Source of the DNA: Acidimicrobiia bacterium | GTDB taxonomy: Bacteria; Actinomycetota; Acidimicrobiia; Spongiisociales; UBA5794 | Direction: 5' to 3' | DNA: 64,000 nt | Assembly (NCBI GenBank): GCA_035461905.1 | Contig: DATHUV010000129.1 | Span: 1,078 to 65,077 of the forward strand | Shown here: one piece after another, positions 27,217 through 36,209 of the stretch | Layout: each line of letters starts with the position of its first letter | Position numbering within the stretch: position 1 is the first letter of the stretch | The notes under the pieces: generated by a model | Told to the model about the DNA's origin: nothing | Databases searched by the model: none | Seen by the model: the letters and a program-made list of their open reading frames with translations, nothing else | Translations under genes and position numbers: made by a program

Positions 27217-28478
27217 GCCTCGGATGTCGCCGTGTCCAGTGAGGCGTCGGGGAAGGGATCTCGATCGTTCAGTTTGTCCCAGAAGTACACGAGGACGTCG
27301 CGGATGGAGGCGATGATCGGCACGACCAGGAGCGATCCGAGCAGCCCGCCGATCTTGAAGCCGACGATGAGCCCGATGAGGACGACAGCAGGCCGGAGCC
27401 GGACCGCGATCCCCATGACGCGTGGAGCGATGATGTTGGCCTGCGCCTGGACGACGACGACGTAGATCCCGGCAATGATGAGGGCGAACCAGTACGACTC
27501 GAGTTCGGGCCATCTCGTCGATCCGGACAGGAGCGCCGCCAGGATGCCGGGTATCGCGGCGAGGATGGGACCGAACGTCGGGATCATGTTGAGGACGACC
27601 ATGACGGCACCAAAGAGGAATGCGCCGGGAAGGCCCACGGCCCATAGGACGACGAACACGAGGAACCCGGTGATGAGCGAGTTCACCAGCTGACCGTAGA
27701 GGTAGCCACGCCAGACGCTCTTCTGTGCTTCCATCATCATGAGGCCGTCGCGTTCGTAGCCCGGAGGGATGCTTCGGATGAGGCCGGCATGCATCCGCCT
27801 GCTGTCCGCGTTCAGATAGATCGCCACCAGTGCCGTGACGAGCGCGGTCGTGATGATCGCGGTCAGCATCCCCGCGATTGTCCGAACTCCTGCGAGACCC
27901 GTTCCGAGGTACTGGAGGGCGGCCTCCGCATCAATCACCAGCCCGCCGTTTCCATCATCGTCTGAGGACGAACCGAGCGAGTCGATGATCCCTGACATGT
28001 CGAACGTGAGGCCGAGAACGACGATCCTTCCCTCCTCGTCAGCCTCCTCCATGAGCCACTCGCGGGTGTCGTCGACCCATCCGATGGGGTCGAGGTCGGA
28101 GATCGAGGCAACGATCGAGTTCACGAGGAGGTAACTGAACGCGATGGTGCCGACCAACACCACGATGTAGGCGACCGTCAGTGCGAGCCAGCTCGGAAGA
28201 CCCAGGCGACGGTGTGCCAAGCGGATGAGGGGCGCGACAAGGAACGCGATGAGACCCGCGAGCGCGGCGATCGGAATCGCACCGCGGATCAGGTAGAGGC
28301 CGATCAGTGCGAGCACGAACCCCATGGCGACGACGAGGAGCTTCGCACGCTCGCTCCATGGTGGGGACGGCGGGTAGGCACCGATGGGCCGATCATCGAC
28401 ACCGGAGACGAACGACTCCGGATGAATGTCGAGGATCGGGATTTCGCCCGTCGTTGGCTCATCGCCCTGCATACCCAC
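27213..28478 (-). CDS. AI-2E family transporter (PerM-like permease)
   Basis: 421 aa, about 8 TM, with typical AI-2E C-terminal helices (NMIPTFGPILAAIPGILAAL). Confidence 0.8.
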   Translation of the reverse strand: MGMQGDEPTTGEIPILDIHPESFVSGVDDRPIGAYPPSPPWSERAKLLVVAMGFVLALIGLYLIRGAIPIAALAGLIAFLVAPLIRLAHRRLGLPSWLALTVAYIVVLVGTIAFSYLLVNSIVASISDLDPIGWVDDTREWLMEEADEEGRIVVLGLTFDMSGIIDSLGSSSDDDGNGGLVIDAEAALQYLGTGLAGVRTIAGMLTAIITTALVTALVAIYLNADSRRMHAGLIRSIPPGYERDGLMMMEAQKSVWRGYLYGQLVNSLITGFLVFVVLWAVGLPGAFLFGAVMVVLNMIPTFGPILAAIPGILAALLSGSTRWPELESYWFALIIAGIYVVVVQAQANIIAPRVMGIAVRLRPAVVLIGLIVGFKIGGLLGSLLVVPIIASIRDVLVYFWDKLNDRDPFPDASLDTATSEA

Positions 28479-28541
28479 ACGCTAGAGCATCCACGGGGTT
28501 CAGACGGGTACGATCCCGGCGTGAGCCTGTATCAGCGGACC

Positions 28542-29006
28542 ATGCGGAGCCTCGGCAGGACGTCGGCGATGCGCTGGACGCTCTCGAAGGTGCTCACGCC
28601 GCTCGACATGGCCCTGCGAAACACGAGGTTTGCCCCGTCGAGATTCGGGCTCGGAGCGCCGCTGTGCTTCCTCACCACCTCCGGGCGGCATTCCGGCAAG
28701 CCCCGCACGGTGCCGCTCCTGTACGTTCCATTCGACGGGGATGCCGTCGCCGTGGCGGCGACGAACTACGGACAGGAGGATCATCCGGGGTGGTCGTACA
28801 ACCTCGAGTCGGAGCCGAGGGCACAGCTCGAGATCGAAGGCGTCACGAACATGGTGATCGCGCGCCGCGCCAACGAACACGAGTGCACGCACGTCTGGCC
28901 GCGCTTCGACGCGATATGGCCGGCGTACGAGACGTACAGGAACATCGCTGCCCGGGACATCAAGGTCTTCATCCTCGAGCCCGAGTTCGCATCCGAAACG
29001 CCGTGA
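28542..29006 (+). CDS. deazaflavin (F420)-dependent nitroreductase-family oxidoreductase (DDN-like)
   Basis: LTTSGRHSGKPRTVPLLYV...VAATNYGQEDHPGWSYNLESEP matches the DDN/PNPOx-like signature. Alternative GTG start at 28521. Confidence 0.7.
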   Translation: MRSLGRTSAMRWTLSKVLTPLDMALRNTRFAPSRFGLGAPLCFLTTSGRHSGKPRTVPLLYVPFDGDAVAVAATNYGQEDHPGWSYNLESEPRAQLEIEGVTNMVIARRANEHECTHVWPRFDAIWPAYETYRNIAARDIKVFILEPEFASETP

Positions 29007-29065
29007 TACACCTCGGCACCAGCCGTGGCCCTCGAGAGGACGCCGTAGCGGGGGCGTAGACTCCG

Positions 29066-29800
29066 ATGATGGTCGATGCAACGGCGAACACCGATGACGG
29101 GCATGTCTACGAGCCACACATCGGTGGATCCCGCCAGTACATGCGTGACATCATCCTCGGTGTCAACGACGGCCTCGTGTCGACCTTCCTCCTCGTCTCC
29201 GGCGTCGTCGGTGGTGGGCTGACCTCGACCGACGTCCTCCTCACGGGTGTCGCAGGAGCGCTCGCCGGGATGATCTCGATGGCGATCGGCGAGTACCTCG
29301 CTACGAAGTCCCAGGAGGAGGTCTTCGACGCCGAGTTGGCGCTCGAGGCCCATCACCACATTGAGCACCGTGATATCGAACGCCAACAGCTGCGCGAGAT
29401 GCTCGCAGAACATGGCATGTCCGGGGACGACCTCGACACGGTCGTCGACATCATCGACGGTGACGACGCCGTGATGCTCAGCATGCACAAGGCCCTCGAA
29501 TTCGGAATCGTCGACGAGGAACGTCGGTCCCCATACGCTGCGGCCGCTACGTCCGGTTTCCTCTTCCTCGGCGGAGCGATCCCTCCCGTCCTTCCCTTCG
29601 CCTTCTTCGACAGCAGTTCGACAGCACTCCTCGTGGGTGCCGTCCTGACCGGCATCGGCCTATTCGCCGTAGGGGTGGCGAAGACAGTTCAGACCAGGAA
29701 GAACCCCTACCTCTCAGGCGCGGAGAACCTCGCCCTCGGGTTCGTTGGCGGGGCCGTGGCCTTCGGTGTCGGATCCGCCTTCGATGCGGCCGTCGGCTGA
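29066..29800 (+). CDS. VIT1/CCC1-family iron/manganese transporter
   Basis: YMRDIILGVNDGLVSTFLLVSGV, central acidic helix region, C-terminal TM bundle. Confidence 0.8.
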   Translation: MMVDATANTDDGHVYEPHIGGSRQYMRDIILGVNDGLVSTFLLVSGVVGGGLTSTDVLLTGVAGALAGMISMAIGEYLATKSQEEVFDAELALEAHHHIEHRDIERQQLREMLAEHGMSGDDLDTVVDIIDGDDAVMLSMHKALEFGIVDEERRSPYAAAATSGFLFLGGAIPPVLPFAFFDSSSTALLVGAVLTGIGLFAVGVAKTVQTRKNPYLSGAENLALGFVGGAVAFGVGSAFDAAVG

Positions 29801-29816
29801 GTATGACAAGGAGCTG

Positions 29817-32150
29817 TCAGCTCGCCACAGCGACCGCGTCGACCCCAGCCCGGTCGAGGTAGTTCTCGTCGAGCGACGAGTACAGCTCCTCCTCCTGGGC
29901 GAAGTGCAACACCACGATGGCGTGCAGGCCGTACAGGATGCGACGAAGGTCCCGTAGATCACCCGACGACGGTCCGTCCGCAGGTAGGTCGGCAACGTGG
30001 GCACGGAAGAGTCTGACGAGGTGGAAGATCTCCCTGTGGGTCCTGCTCATGGCAGCGAGGGGGTCTTCACCACCTATCAGGTTGCTGATGTAGGGGTAGA
30101 TCTCGGCATCGTCCGCCCGTTCGTGCGGCACCAACTCCTTCGAGAGGAACGCGGAAGTGCGCCCAAGCTCCGACATGGCGTCCTCTCGCGACATCGTGTC
30201 CAGGGAGTCCGCCAGGGTTCGCAGGTCGGCGAGCTTCGGCATGAGCTGGTCGTGCTCGGCTCGCAGCCTACGGCTCATCTCCGGATCCAACTTGGGCTGG
30301 GAACGCAAGGTGACGGGGCCGGTCAGGGCCCGGAGAGCGATGAGGATCGCAACAGCGTCGATCACCTCTTGTGTGATCGCCCCGGCCACGGGAGGGAGGA
30401 GGCCGAAGGCCGCCAACAGCATCGCCAGGAAGGACAAGCCCATGCCCACGAGCACGCTCTGGACCGCGATCCGATGGCTCCGGCGTGCGATCTGGATCGC
30501 CTCGACAAGGCGGTCGAGGCGATCCACGATGAGGACGACGTCGGCCGCCTCAGACGACGAGGTCGCGCCCCGCGCACCCATTGCCACGCCCACGTGTGCG
30601 GCTGCGAGCGCAGGTGCATCGTTGATCCCGTCACCGACCATCAGGGTGACGTGATCGATGCCTGCATCCCGTACCGCCTCGACCTTCTCCGCGGGCGTTC
30701 GCTCCGCAAGTACAGAGTCCACTCCGATCGCAGCGCCCACCGCCTCAGCGATGAAACTGTTGTCGCCAGTGACCATCACGACTTCCTTGATGCCCACACG
30801 CTTGAGTTCACGTATCGTCCGAGGAGTATCCGGCCTGATCGGATCGTCGAGGACCAGGGCACCTGACAGGACACCGTCGACCGCCAAGTAGACCGTCGTC
30901 CCGACGTTGGTGGCCATCCGCCGAACGAAGGAGCGGACATCCTCGTTGGGCTCAGAGCCACCGAGTGCCCATTCGAGGGTTCCAAGTCGGACATCGGCGC
31001 CTTGCACGCGCCCGTGCAGTCCGGCCCCTGGCACCTCCTCGGCGTCGTCGGGAAAGGACAGCTGGATCCCGCCCTGTCGTCCCGCGGACACGATCGCGTG
31101 GGCGAGGACATGCGACGACACCTGGTCGAGCGAGGCTGCATATCGAAGTATGTCGTCGCGATCGAGGCCCCCGGCGAACACCGTGATCTCGGTGAGATCG
31201 GGTACGCCCATGGTCAAGGTACCGGTCTTGTCGAGAAGCATCACCTCCGCAGACGCGAGCTGCTCGAGCGACGCCCCTCCCTTCACGACGATGCCTCGCT
31301 TCGCCGAACGAGATATGCCCCCAACGACGGCGATGGGAGCCGCTAGGAGCAAAGGACATGGCGTCGCTACGACGAGGACGGCGAGACCGCGAACGGGATC
31401 ACCCGACACCGCCCATGCGAGGAGGGAAAGTCCCACGGCGATTGGGACGAAGATCGCCGCATAGCGGTCGGCCATCCGGACGAACGGGGACTTGGACTTC
31501 TGGGCCGCCTCCACGAGCCGGACGATTCCCGCGTAGGTGGATTCCTCAGCGATCGCCACGGCACGCAGGTCGAACGCGCTGCCAGCATTGACCGATCCGC
31601 TCTCGACGCGGTCACCCGCTTCGTGAGCGACGAGGCGCGACTCACCGGTGAGCGCCGAAGCATCGAGGACGGCACCTGCGCTCGCAACCACCCCGTCGAC
31701 GGGAAGAACCTCGCCGGCCTTGATCAGGAGTCGATCACCAACCCCGACGCTCCCCACCGGCACCGATTCCAGCGACGTTCCGACGTAACGGTTGGCGCTT
31801 CGCGGGGCACGCTCGAGAAGCGACGACAGCTCCCGCTCGGCCCGCGACCCCGCATAGGCCTCGAGGGCGATGCCCGTCGCCATCATCAACCCGATCACCG
31901 CTCCGGCGAGGAACTCCCCGAGGAGGAGCGCGCCACCCATCGCAAGGATCGCGACGACATCGACTCCGGCATGACCGGCGAGGAGGTCCCTCGCAATGCC
32001 CCACGTCACCGGCACCAATGCGACGAGGATCGTTGCGATCCACGCCACATCGCGCAGGGTCTCGTTGCCGAGGATTGCGCCGACGATGCCGACGGTCACG
32101 CCAAACGTGGTGAGGACGAGAAGGATCACACCGGCGCGCATCGACTCCAT
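29817..32150 (-). CDS. P1B-type heavy-metal ATPase with C-terminal hemerythrin-like domain (P1B-5-like)
   Basis: TGES, DKTGTLT, TGDN and GDGINDAP motifs. TM motif VVATPCPLL (TPCP). No N-terminal HMA domain. The last 150 aa or so carry His/Glu patterns of an HHE hemerythrin domain (PHERADDAEIYP, THREIFHLV, LHAIVVLHFAQEEELY). Confidence 0.88.
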   Translation of the reverse strand: MESMRAGVILLVLTTFGVTVGIVGAILGNETLRDVAWIATILVALVPVTWGIARDLLAGHAGVDVVAILAMGGALLLGEFLAGAVIGLMMATGIALEAYAGSRAERELSSLLERAPRSANRYVGTSLESVPVGSVGVGDRLLIKAGEVLPVDGVVASAGAVLDASALTGESRLVAHEAGDRVESGSVNAGSAFDLRAVAIAEESTYAGIVRLVEAAQKSKSPFVRMADRYAAIFVPIAVGLSLLAWAVSGDPVRGLAVLVVATPCPLLLAAPIAVVGGISRSAKRGIVVKGGASLEQLASAEVMLLDKTGTLTMGVPDLTEITVFAGGLDRDDILRYAASLDQVSSHVLAHAIVSAGRQGGIQLSFPDDAEEVPGAGLHGRVQGADVRLGTLEWALGGSEPNEDVRSFVRRMATNVGTTVYLAVDGVLSGALVLDDPIRPDTPRTIRELKRVGIKEVVMVTGDNSFIAEAVGAAIGVDSVLAERTPAEKVEAVRDAGIDHVTLMVGDGINDAPALAAAHVGVAMGARGATSSSEAADVVLIVDRLDRLVEAIQIARRSHRIAVQSVLVGMGLSFLAMLLAAFGLLPPVAGAITQEVIDAVAILIALRALTGPVTLRSQPKLDPEMSRRLRAEHDQLMPKLADLRTLADSLDTMSREDAMSELGRTSAFLSKELVPHERADDAEIYPYISNLIGGEDPLAAMSRTHREIFHLVRLFRAHVADLPADGPSSGDLRDLRRILYGLHAIVVLHFAQEEELYSSLDENYLDRAGVDAVAVAS

Positions 32151-32259
32151 GCAGCATCACCTCACAGTCGCGCACGATGGAGGCTACCCGGACTCGGGTA
32201 TCCCGGAGCTGGTCGCAGGACCTGGTACAGGCACCGGTATCCACACGAGACCACGGTGG

Positions 32260-33045
32260 TCATTGTCGTTCCCTGGCCCTCATCGACACAATGACGGTGC
32301 TGCCCTCGACGTCGATCACCCGAACCGAAGGCTCGTAGACGTCGCGGAGGAGTTCCTGGGTGAGCACGGCCCGTGGCTCGCCGACCATGCGGATCCGACC
32401 CCGATCGATGATCGCAACCCGATCCGAGAACTGGGCAGCTGCGGTGAGATCGTGCATCGCGGTGAGCACGGCGATGCGGCGATGGGTGCGCACGGCGTCG
32501 ACGAGTTCGAGCACCTGGTGCTGTCGAGCGACGTCGAGCGATGCCGTCGCTTCATCGAGCACGAGGACCGGGGCGTCCTGTGCGAGCACCCGTGCCATCG
32601 CGACTCGCTGGGTCTCCCCTCCCGACAACGTTCCGACGTCCCGACCCGCGAACTCGACGAGATCGAGTGCGTCGAGCGCCGCCCATACCTCGGAGATGTC
32701 CTCACCGGACTCTGCGGCGAGAGCACCCATGTGGGGAGTCCTGCCGAGGAGCGCGTAGTCGAAGACCGACATCCCCGGAGGGAACGTCGGGTTCTGTGGG
32801 ACGTAGGCGACGAGGCGCGCTCGTTGGCGTCCCCTGAGCCCCGTGATCGGATGGCCATCGATCCCCACAGCACCCGACGTCGGGCGTTCACCGACGACGG
32901 TCCTGAGCAGGGAGGACTTCCCTGCACCGTTCGGCCCGACGATCGTCAGCCACTCGCCTCGTGCGACGTCCAGTGTGACGTCGTCGACGGCCCTCCGGTC
33001 CCCGTAGGCGACGCAGACGCGATCCATGCGCACGATGGGTGTCAT
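32260..33045 (-). CDS. ABC transporter ATP-binding protein (FecE/BtuD type)
   Basis: Walker A GPNGAGKSSLL, signature LSGGETQRV, Walker B VLVLDEAT. ATGA overlap with the permease. Confidence 0.9.
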   Translation of the reverse strand: MTPIVRMDRVCVAYGDRRAVDDVTLDVARGEWLTIVGPNGAGKSSLLRTVVGERPTSGAVGIDGHPITGLRGRQRARLVAYVPQNPTFPPGMSVFDYALLGRTPHMGALAAESGEDISEVWAALDALDLVEFAGRDVGTLSGGETQRVAMARVLAQDAPVLVLDEATASLDVARQHQVLELVDAVRTHRRIAVLTAMHDLTAAAQFSDRVAIIDRGRIRMVGEPRAVLTQELLRDVYEPSVRVIDVEGSTVIVSMRARERQ

Positions 33046-34094
33046 GACACGACTCCCTTGCTCGTTCGAAGAACGACAGCGAAGAACGGGGCGCCGAAGA
33101 AGGCGGTGATCACACCGATCGGAACCTCGAACGGCGCCTGCACGGTCCTCGCCAGCACATCCGCGAGGACGAGGAACGCGCCTCCGAGGAGCATCGACAG
33201 GGGGACGATGATGCGATACGACGCGTTCGTGAGGAGGCGCACGGTGTGGGGGACGATGATGCCGACGAAGCCGATCAGCCCGGACACGGCGACGACGGCC
33301 GCCGTACCAAGTGTGGCGAAGAGGACGAGGACGAGCCGAATCCGTGTCGGATCGACACCGAGCGACGACGCCTCGACGTCCCCAACGGCGAGGACGTCCA
33401 TGAGCCTGCGGCCCGCGAGAACTACTCCGAGTGAGACGACGACATAGGGGAGAACGAGCGTGACCTCGGACCAACCTGCGGTTGCGAGGCTTCCCAGGAT
33501 CCATCCGTAGACCTCACGGAGGGTCTCGGACTGCCTCTGCTGGATGAACGTCTGGACGGCAGTGAGAAAGGCCGCAACCGCCACCCCGGCGAGGATCAGC
33601 GTCACGGCGGTTCGACCGGACCGGACGCTGTACCCGAGCACGTACGCCAGGAACACGCCTCCGAGCGCACCGACGAACGCCGCTAGTGGGAGCGGGTCGA
33701 CGAACCACTCACCCGAGGCCGGAAGGAAGGCGATCGCAAGGGTCGCGCCGAGTCCCGCACCCGCACCCGCACCGAGCAGGTACGGATCGGCCAGGGGGTT
33801 CCGAAACACCCCCTGATACGCCGTTCCTGCGACTGACAGCATGGAGCCGACGAGGACCCCTAGGACGACCCTTGGCATGCGGATCTGCCACAAGATGGCC
33901 TCACCCTGATCGGACAGACCGCTTTCCACGCCAATGAAGGGCAGCCGATCCAATGCCGAACGGACGATCGCAGTCGGCGACAGAGCGTACGGTCCGACCA
34001 TCACCGCGATGATCACACTCACCACGAGCACCACCACGCCTCCGACGACCCACCACCAGCGAAGGTGCGTCGATGGAGGGCGTCCCGCGTTCAC
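33042..34094 (-). CDS. FecCD/BtuC-family ABC transporter permease
   Basis: About 350 aa and about 9-10 TM, with typical C-terminal GVITAFFGAPFF. GTG start overlaps (GTGA) the substrate-binding protein stop. Confidence 0.85.
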   Translation of the reverse strand: MNAGRPPSTHLRWWWVVGGVVVLVVSVIIAVMVGPYALSPTAIVRSALDRLPFIGVESGLSDQGEAILWQIRMPRVVLGVLVGSMLSVAGTAYQGVFRNPLADPYLLGAGAGAGLGATLAIAFLPASGEWFVDPLPLAAFVGALGGVFLAYVLGYSVRSGRTAVTLILAGVAVAAFLTAVQTFIQQRQSETLREVYGWILGSLATAGWSEVTLVLPYVVVSLGVVLAGRRLMDVLAVGDVEASSLGVDPTRIRLVLVLFATLGTAAVVAVSGLIGFVGIIVPHTVRLLTNASYRIIVPLSMLLGGAFLVLADVLARTVQAPFEVPIGVITAFFGAPFFAVVLRTSKGVVS

Positions 34095-35086
34095 CCATCC
34101 ACCGCCTCGAGGGCGAGGATCGCTGCTACGACGTCCTCGACGAGCACGACGATCCGGGGACCCCATCGCGACGCGATGTCATCATCGAGCTCGACGATCG
34201 CTCCGGTTCGCACGGCCGCCACAGTGTCCCATCCCGGCCTCTCGGCGACCGTGGCCGCGGACTGTCCACAGCACTTGGTATCGGCGAGAAGGATCACGTC
34301 GGGATCGGAACCGACGATGAACTCTGCGGCGAGCTGCGGATACCCGAAACCGTCGACATCCGCCGGGTCGGCGATGTTGGTCATCATCGTTCCCGACAGC
34401 AACTCGCCGACGAACGTCGACGAGGTCGACGAGTAGTAGGTCGGTTCGAGCTCGTAGTAGTACGTCAGATCGGAGGCGCTGTCAGGGACCGCGGAGAGGG
34501 AATCGTCGATGCCCTGCCGGACCCTCCTAACGAGGGCGAGGGCTTCATCCGACCTACCCGTGGCCGCCCCGGTCTGTTCCCACTGGAGGAACGCGTCGGC
34601 GAGGTCGGTCGCTGTCGGGTGGAGGATGACCGCGATCCCGAGAGCCTCGAGACCGGGGATGACGTCGCCGTTCGGATCAAACGACAAGAAGACGAGGTCC
34701 GGGTCGAACGTGGCGATCGCCTCGACGCTCGGTGAGAACGCCGAGAGCTCCGTCAACGGGGCTTCCGTAGGGTGATTGGACAGGCTGTCGACCGCGACAA
34801 CCTCGGAACCCGCCCCGATTGCGAAGAGAACCTCGGTGGAGGTGGGAGAGATCGAGACGATGCGAGTCGGGCGAGCATCGATCGTGACAGGGCCATTGGG
34901 TGCCTCGACGGTGACGGGAAACGCCGGATCCGCAGCCGTGGTGGTCGTCTCCTCCTGCACAGCGGTGGTCGATGCCGGTGACGAGGTCGTGGTGAGCGTG
35001 GACGGCGGCGCATCGGGGGACGAACTGTTGCCACATGAGGCCGCGACGAGCGCGACAGCAACGAGCAGGACGGACAGACGGTTCAT
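34091..35086 (-). CDS. periplasmic-binding-protein type 8 lipoprotein (BtuF/FhuD-like; cobalamin or chelate binding)
   Basis: Lipobox LVAASCG. RIVSISPTSTEVLFAIGAGSEVVAVD is the typical BtuF-like N-lobe. Confidence 0.8.
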   Translation of the reverse strand: MNRLSVLLVAVALVAASCGNSSSPDAPPSTLTTTSSPASTTAVQEETTTTAADPAFPVTVEAPNGPVTIDARPTRIVSISPTSTEVLFAIGAGSEVVAVDSLSNHPTEAPLTELSAFSPSVEAIATFDPDLVFLSFDPNGDVIPGLEALGIAVILHPTATDLADAFLQWEQTGAATGRSDEALALVRRVRQGIDDSLSAVPDSASDLTYYYELEPTYYSSTSSTFVGELLSGTMMTNIADPADVDGFGYPQLAAEFIVGSDPDVILLADTKCCGQSAATVAERPGWDTVAAVRTGAIVELDDDIASRWGPRIVVLVEDVVAAILALEAVDG

Positions 35087-35089
35087 GGG

Positions 35090-35280
35090 ATCTCCTCTCC
35101 CTGGAGGAGACCGGCCGGTCACAGCTCCGACCCACTCCTCCGGGGGCCGAACACTCACCGCACGGGAGGCGACCTGACTACCCCCTTCGGGGATCACAGT
35201 TGCGGGACAGCGCCGGGATCACACCGGACTTCGCTCTCGTGCGGCACCGGGACCTTCATCCCGGGCGCGAACCGGATGCT
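35090..35280 (-). promoter_or_regulatory. cobalamin (B12) riboswitch leader of the ABC importer
   Basis: The reverse complement contains GAAGTCCGGTGTGATCCCGGCGCTGTCCCGCAACTGTGA (consensus GGTG..A..CCGG.GC.G.CCCGCAACTGT). A B12-box-like GTAGTCAGGTCGCCTCCC follows. A downstream segment TCTCCTCC is able to pair with the GGAGAGGAGA RBS. Confidence 0.7.
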
Positions 35281-35343
35281 AGCGGTGTGCCGGCGAGCCG
35301 GCCATCCGTAGGTCGCCAAATGTCTGCTTGCTATCGTCCGAAC

Positions 35344-35484
35344 ATGAAGAGACTGCTCCTCGCCACGGTCGCCATCGCCGTTTCCGTTGCGCTCGCTTCG
35401 GTCGCCGCCAAGCGTCTCAGCCCGGACGCGCCAACGACACCTCCCGGGTCCTGGGACCTCGCCGACGGGGTCGATGAGGCGTGA
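35344..35484 (+). CDS. small membrane or secreted protein, hypothetical (46 aa)
   Basis: MKRLLLATVAIAVSVALASVAAKR. The stop overlaps the GTG of the next gene. Confidence 0.3.
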   Translation: MKRLLLATVAIAVSVALASVAAKRLSPDAPTTPPGSWDLADGVDEA

Positions 35485-36203
35485 GGGTTCTCCTCGAGTC
35501 GACGAGCGAGGTCGGCAAGCGAACGGCACATGTCCTCCTCGCCGAACCTGACGTCGACTTCGTGGGGGTGTGGAACGCCCCCGCCACCAGGCGGAGCCCG
35601 CGCTCAGGCACGGCATCCGACGTCGACGGTTTCGACATCGCTGTCACCGACAGGTCACGTGCCAACCACGACCTGATCGCACGGTGCTCGGTGGCAGGCA
35701 TTCCGATCGTCCTGTGGGCCGACGATGCCGACATCGCCCCCGGCTCTGCAACCGTCCCAATCGTCACGGGTGCCAACGTCGGGTCGGCGCTGATCGCCGC
35801 ACTGCTGGCACACCCGACCGCGAACCCCGCGCCCGGAGAGCCCGTCACCGTCGCCTGGACCGAGCCGGGCAAACCCCACAAGCGGGGTGAGGACATCATG
35901 TTCCCCGAACCGGTCGGCGCGATGCGGGCGAAGCGGAGGGCACCGGGGCAGCTCGTCGCGACCCGCGACGACGAATGGGCGGGCGCTGTGGTGCGCGTCG
36001 GATCCGAAGACGCGATCCGCGTCGTTGGCGTGGCCGACCACGCTGGGCACCTCGAGGCGCTGGTTCTCGCGGCAACGACGCTCGTCGCCGCGGCCGGAAC
36101 GTATGCGCCGGGAACAAGGAACGCCGGCGATGCCGGTGAACAACTCCTGAACATGCTGCGCAGGGTGGAACTCGACTTCGCGACGTGGCGTTCTCATCCT
36201 TGA
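35481..36203 (+). CDS. hypothetical protein
   Basis: 240 aa ORF with high GC3. Weak Rossmann-like N-terminus (MRVLLESTSEVGKR). No family recognised. Confidence 0.5.
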   Translation: MRVLLESTSEVGKRTAHVLLAEPDVDFVGVWNAPATRRSPRSGTASDVDGFDIAVTDRSRANHDLIARCSVAGIPIVLWADDADIAPGSATVPIVTGANVGSALIAALLAHPTANPAPGEPVTVAWTEPGKPHKRGEDIMFPEPVGAMRAKRRAPGQLVATRDDEWAGAVVRVGSEDAIRVVGVADHAGHLEALVLAATTLVAAAGTYAPGTRNAGDAGEQLLNMLRRVELDFATWRSHP

Positions 36204-36209
36204 GAACCC

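Noticed and set aside
25837-27465. 542-aa + strand ORF antisense to the CrtI-like and AI-2E genes
   Set aside because: No recognisable domain and Arg/Asp/Glu/His-rich composition. The opposite strand carries clear Rossmann and transporter signatures.
31996-33447. 483-aa + strand ORF spanning the ATPase, ABC and permease gene boundaries
   Set aside because: It is antisense to three well-supported genes and crosses their junctions, and its composition is typical of GC-frame artefacts.
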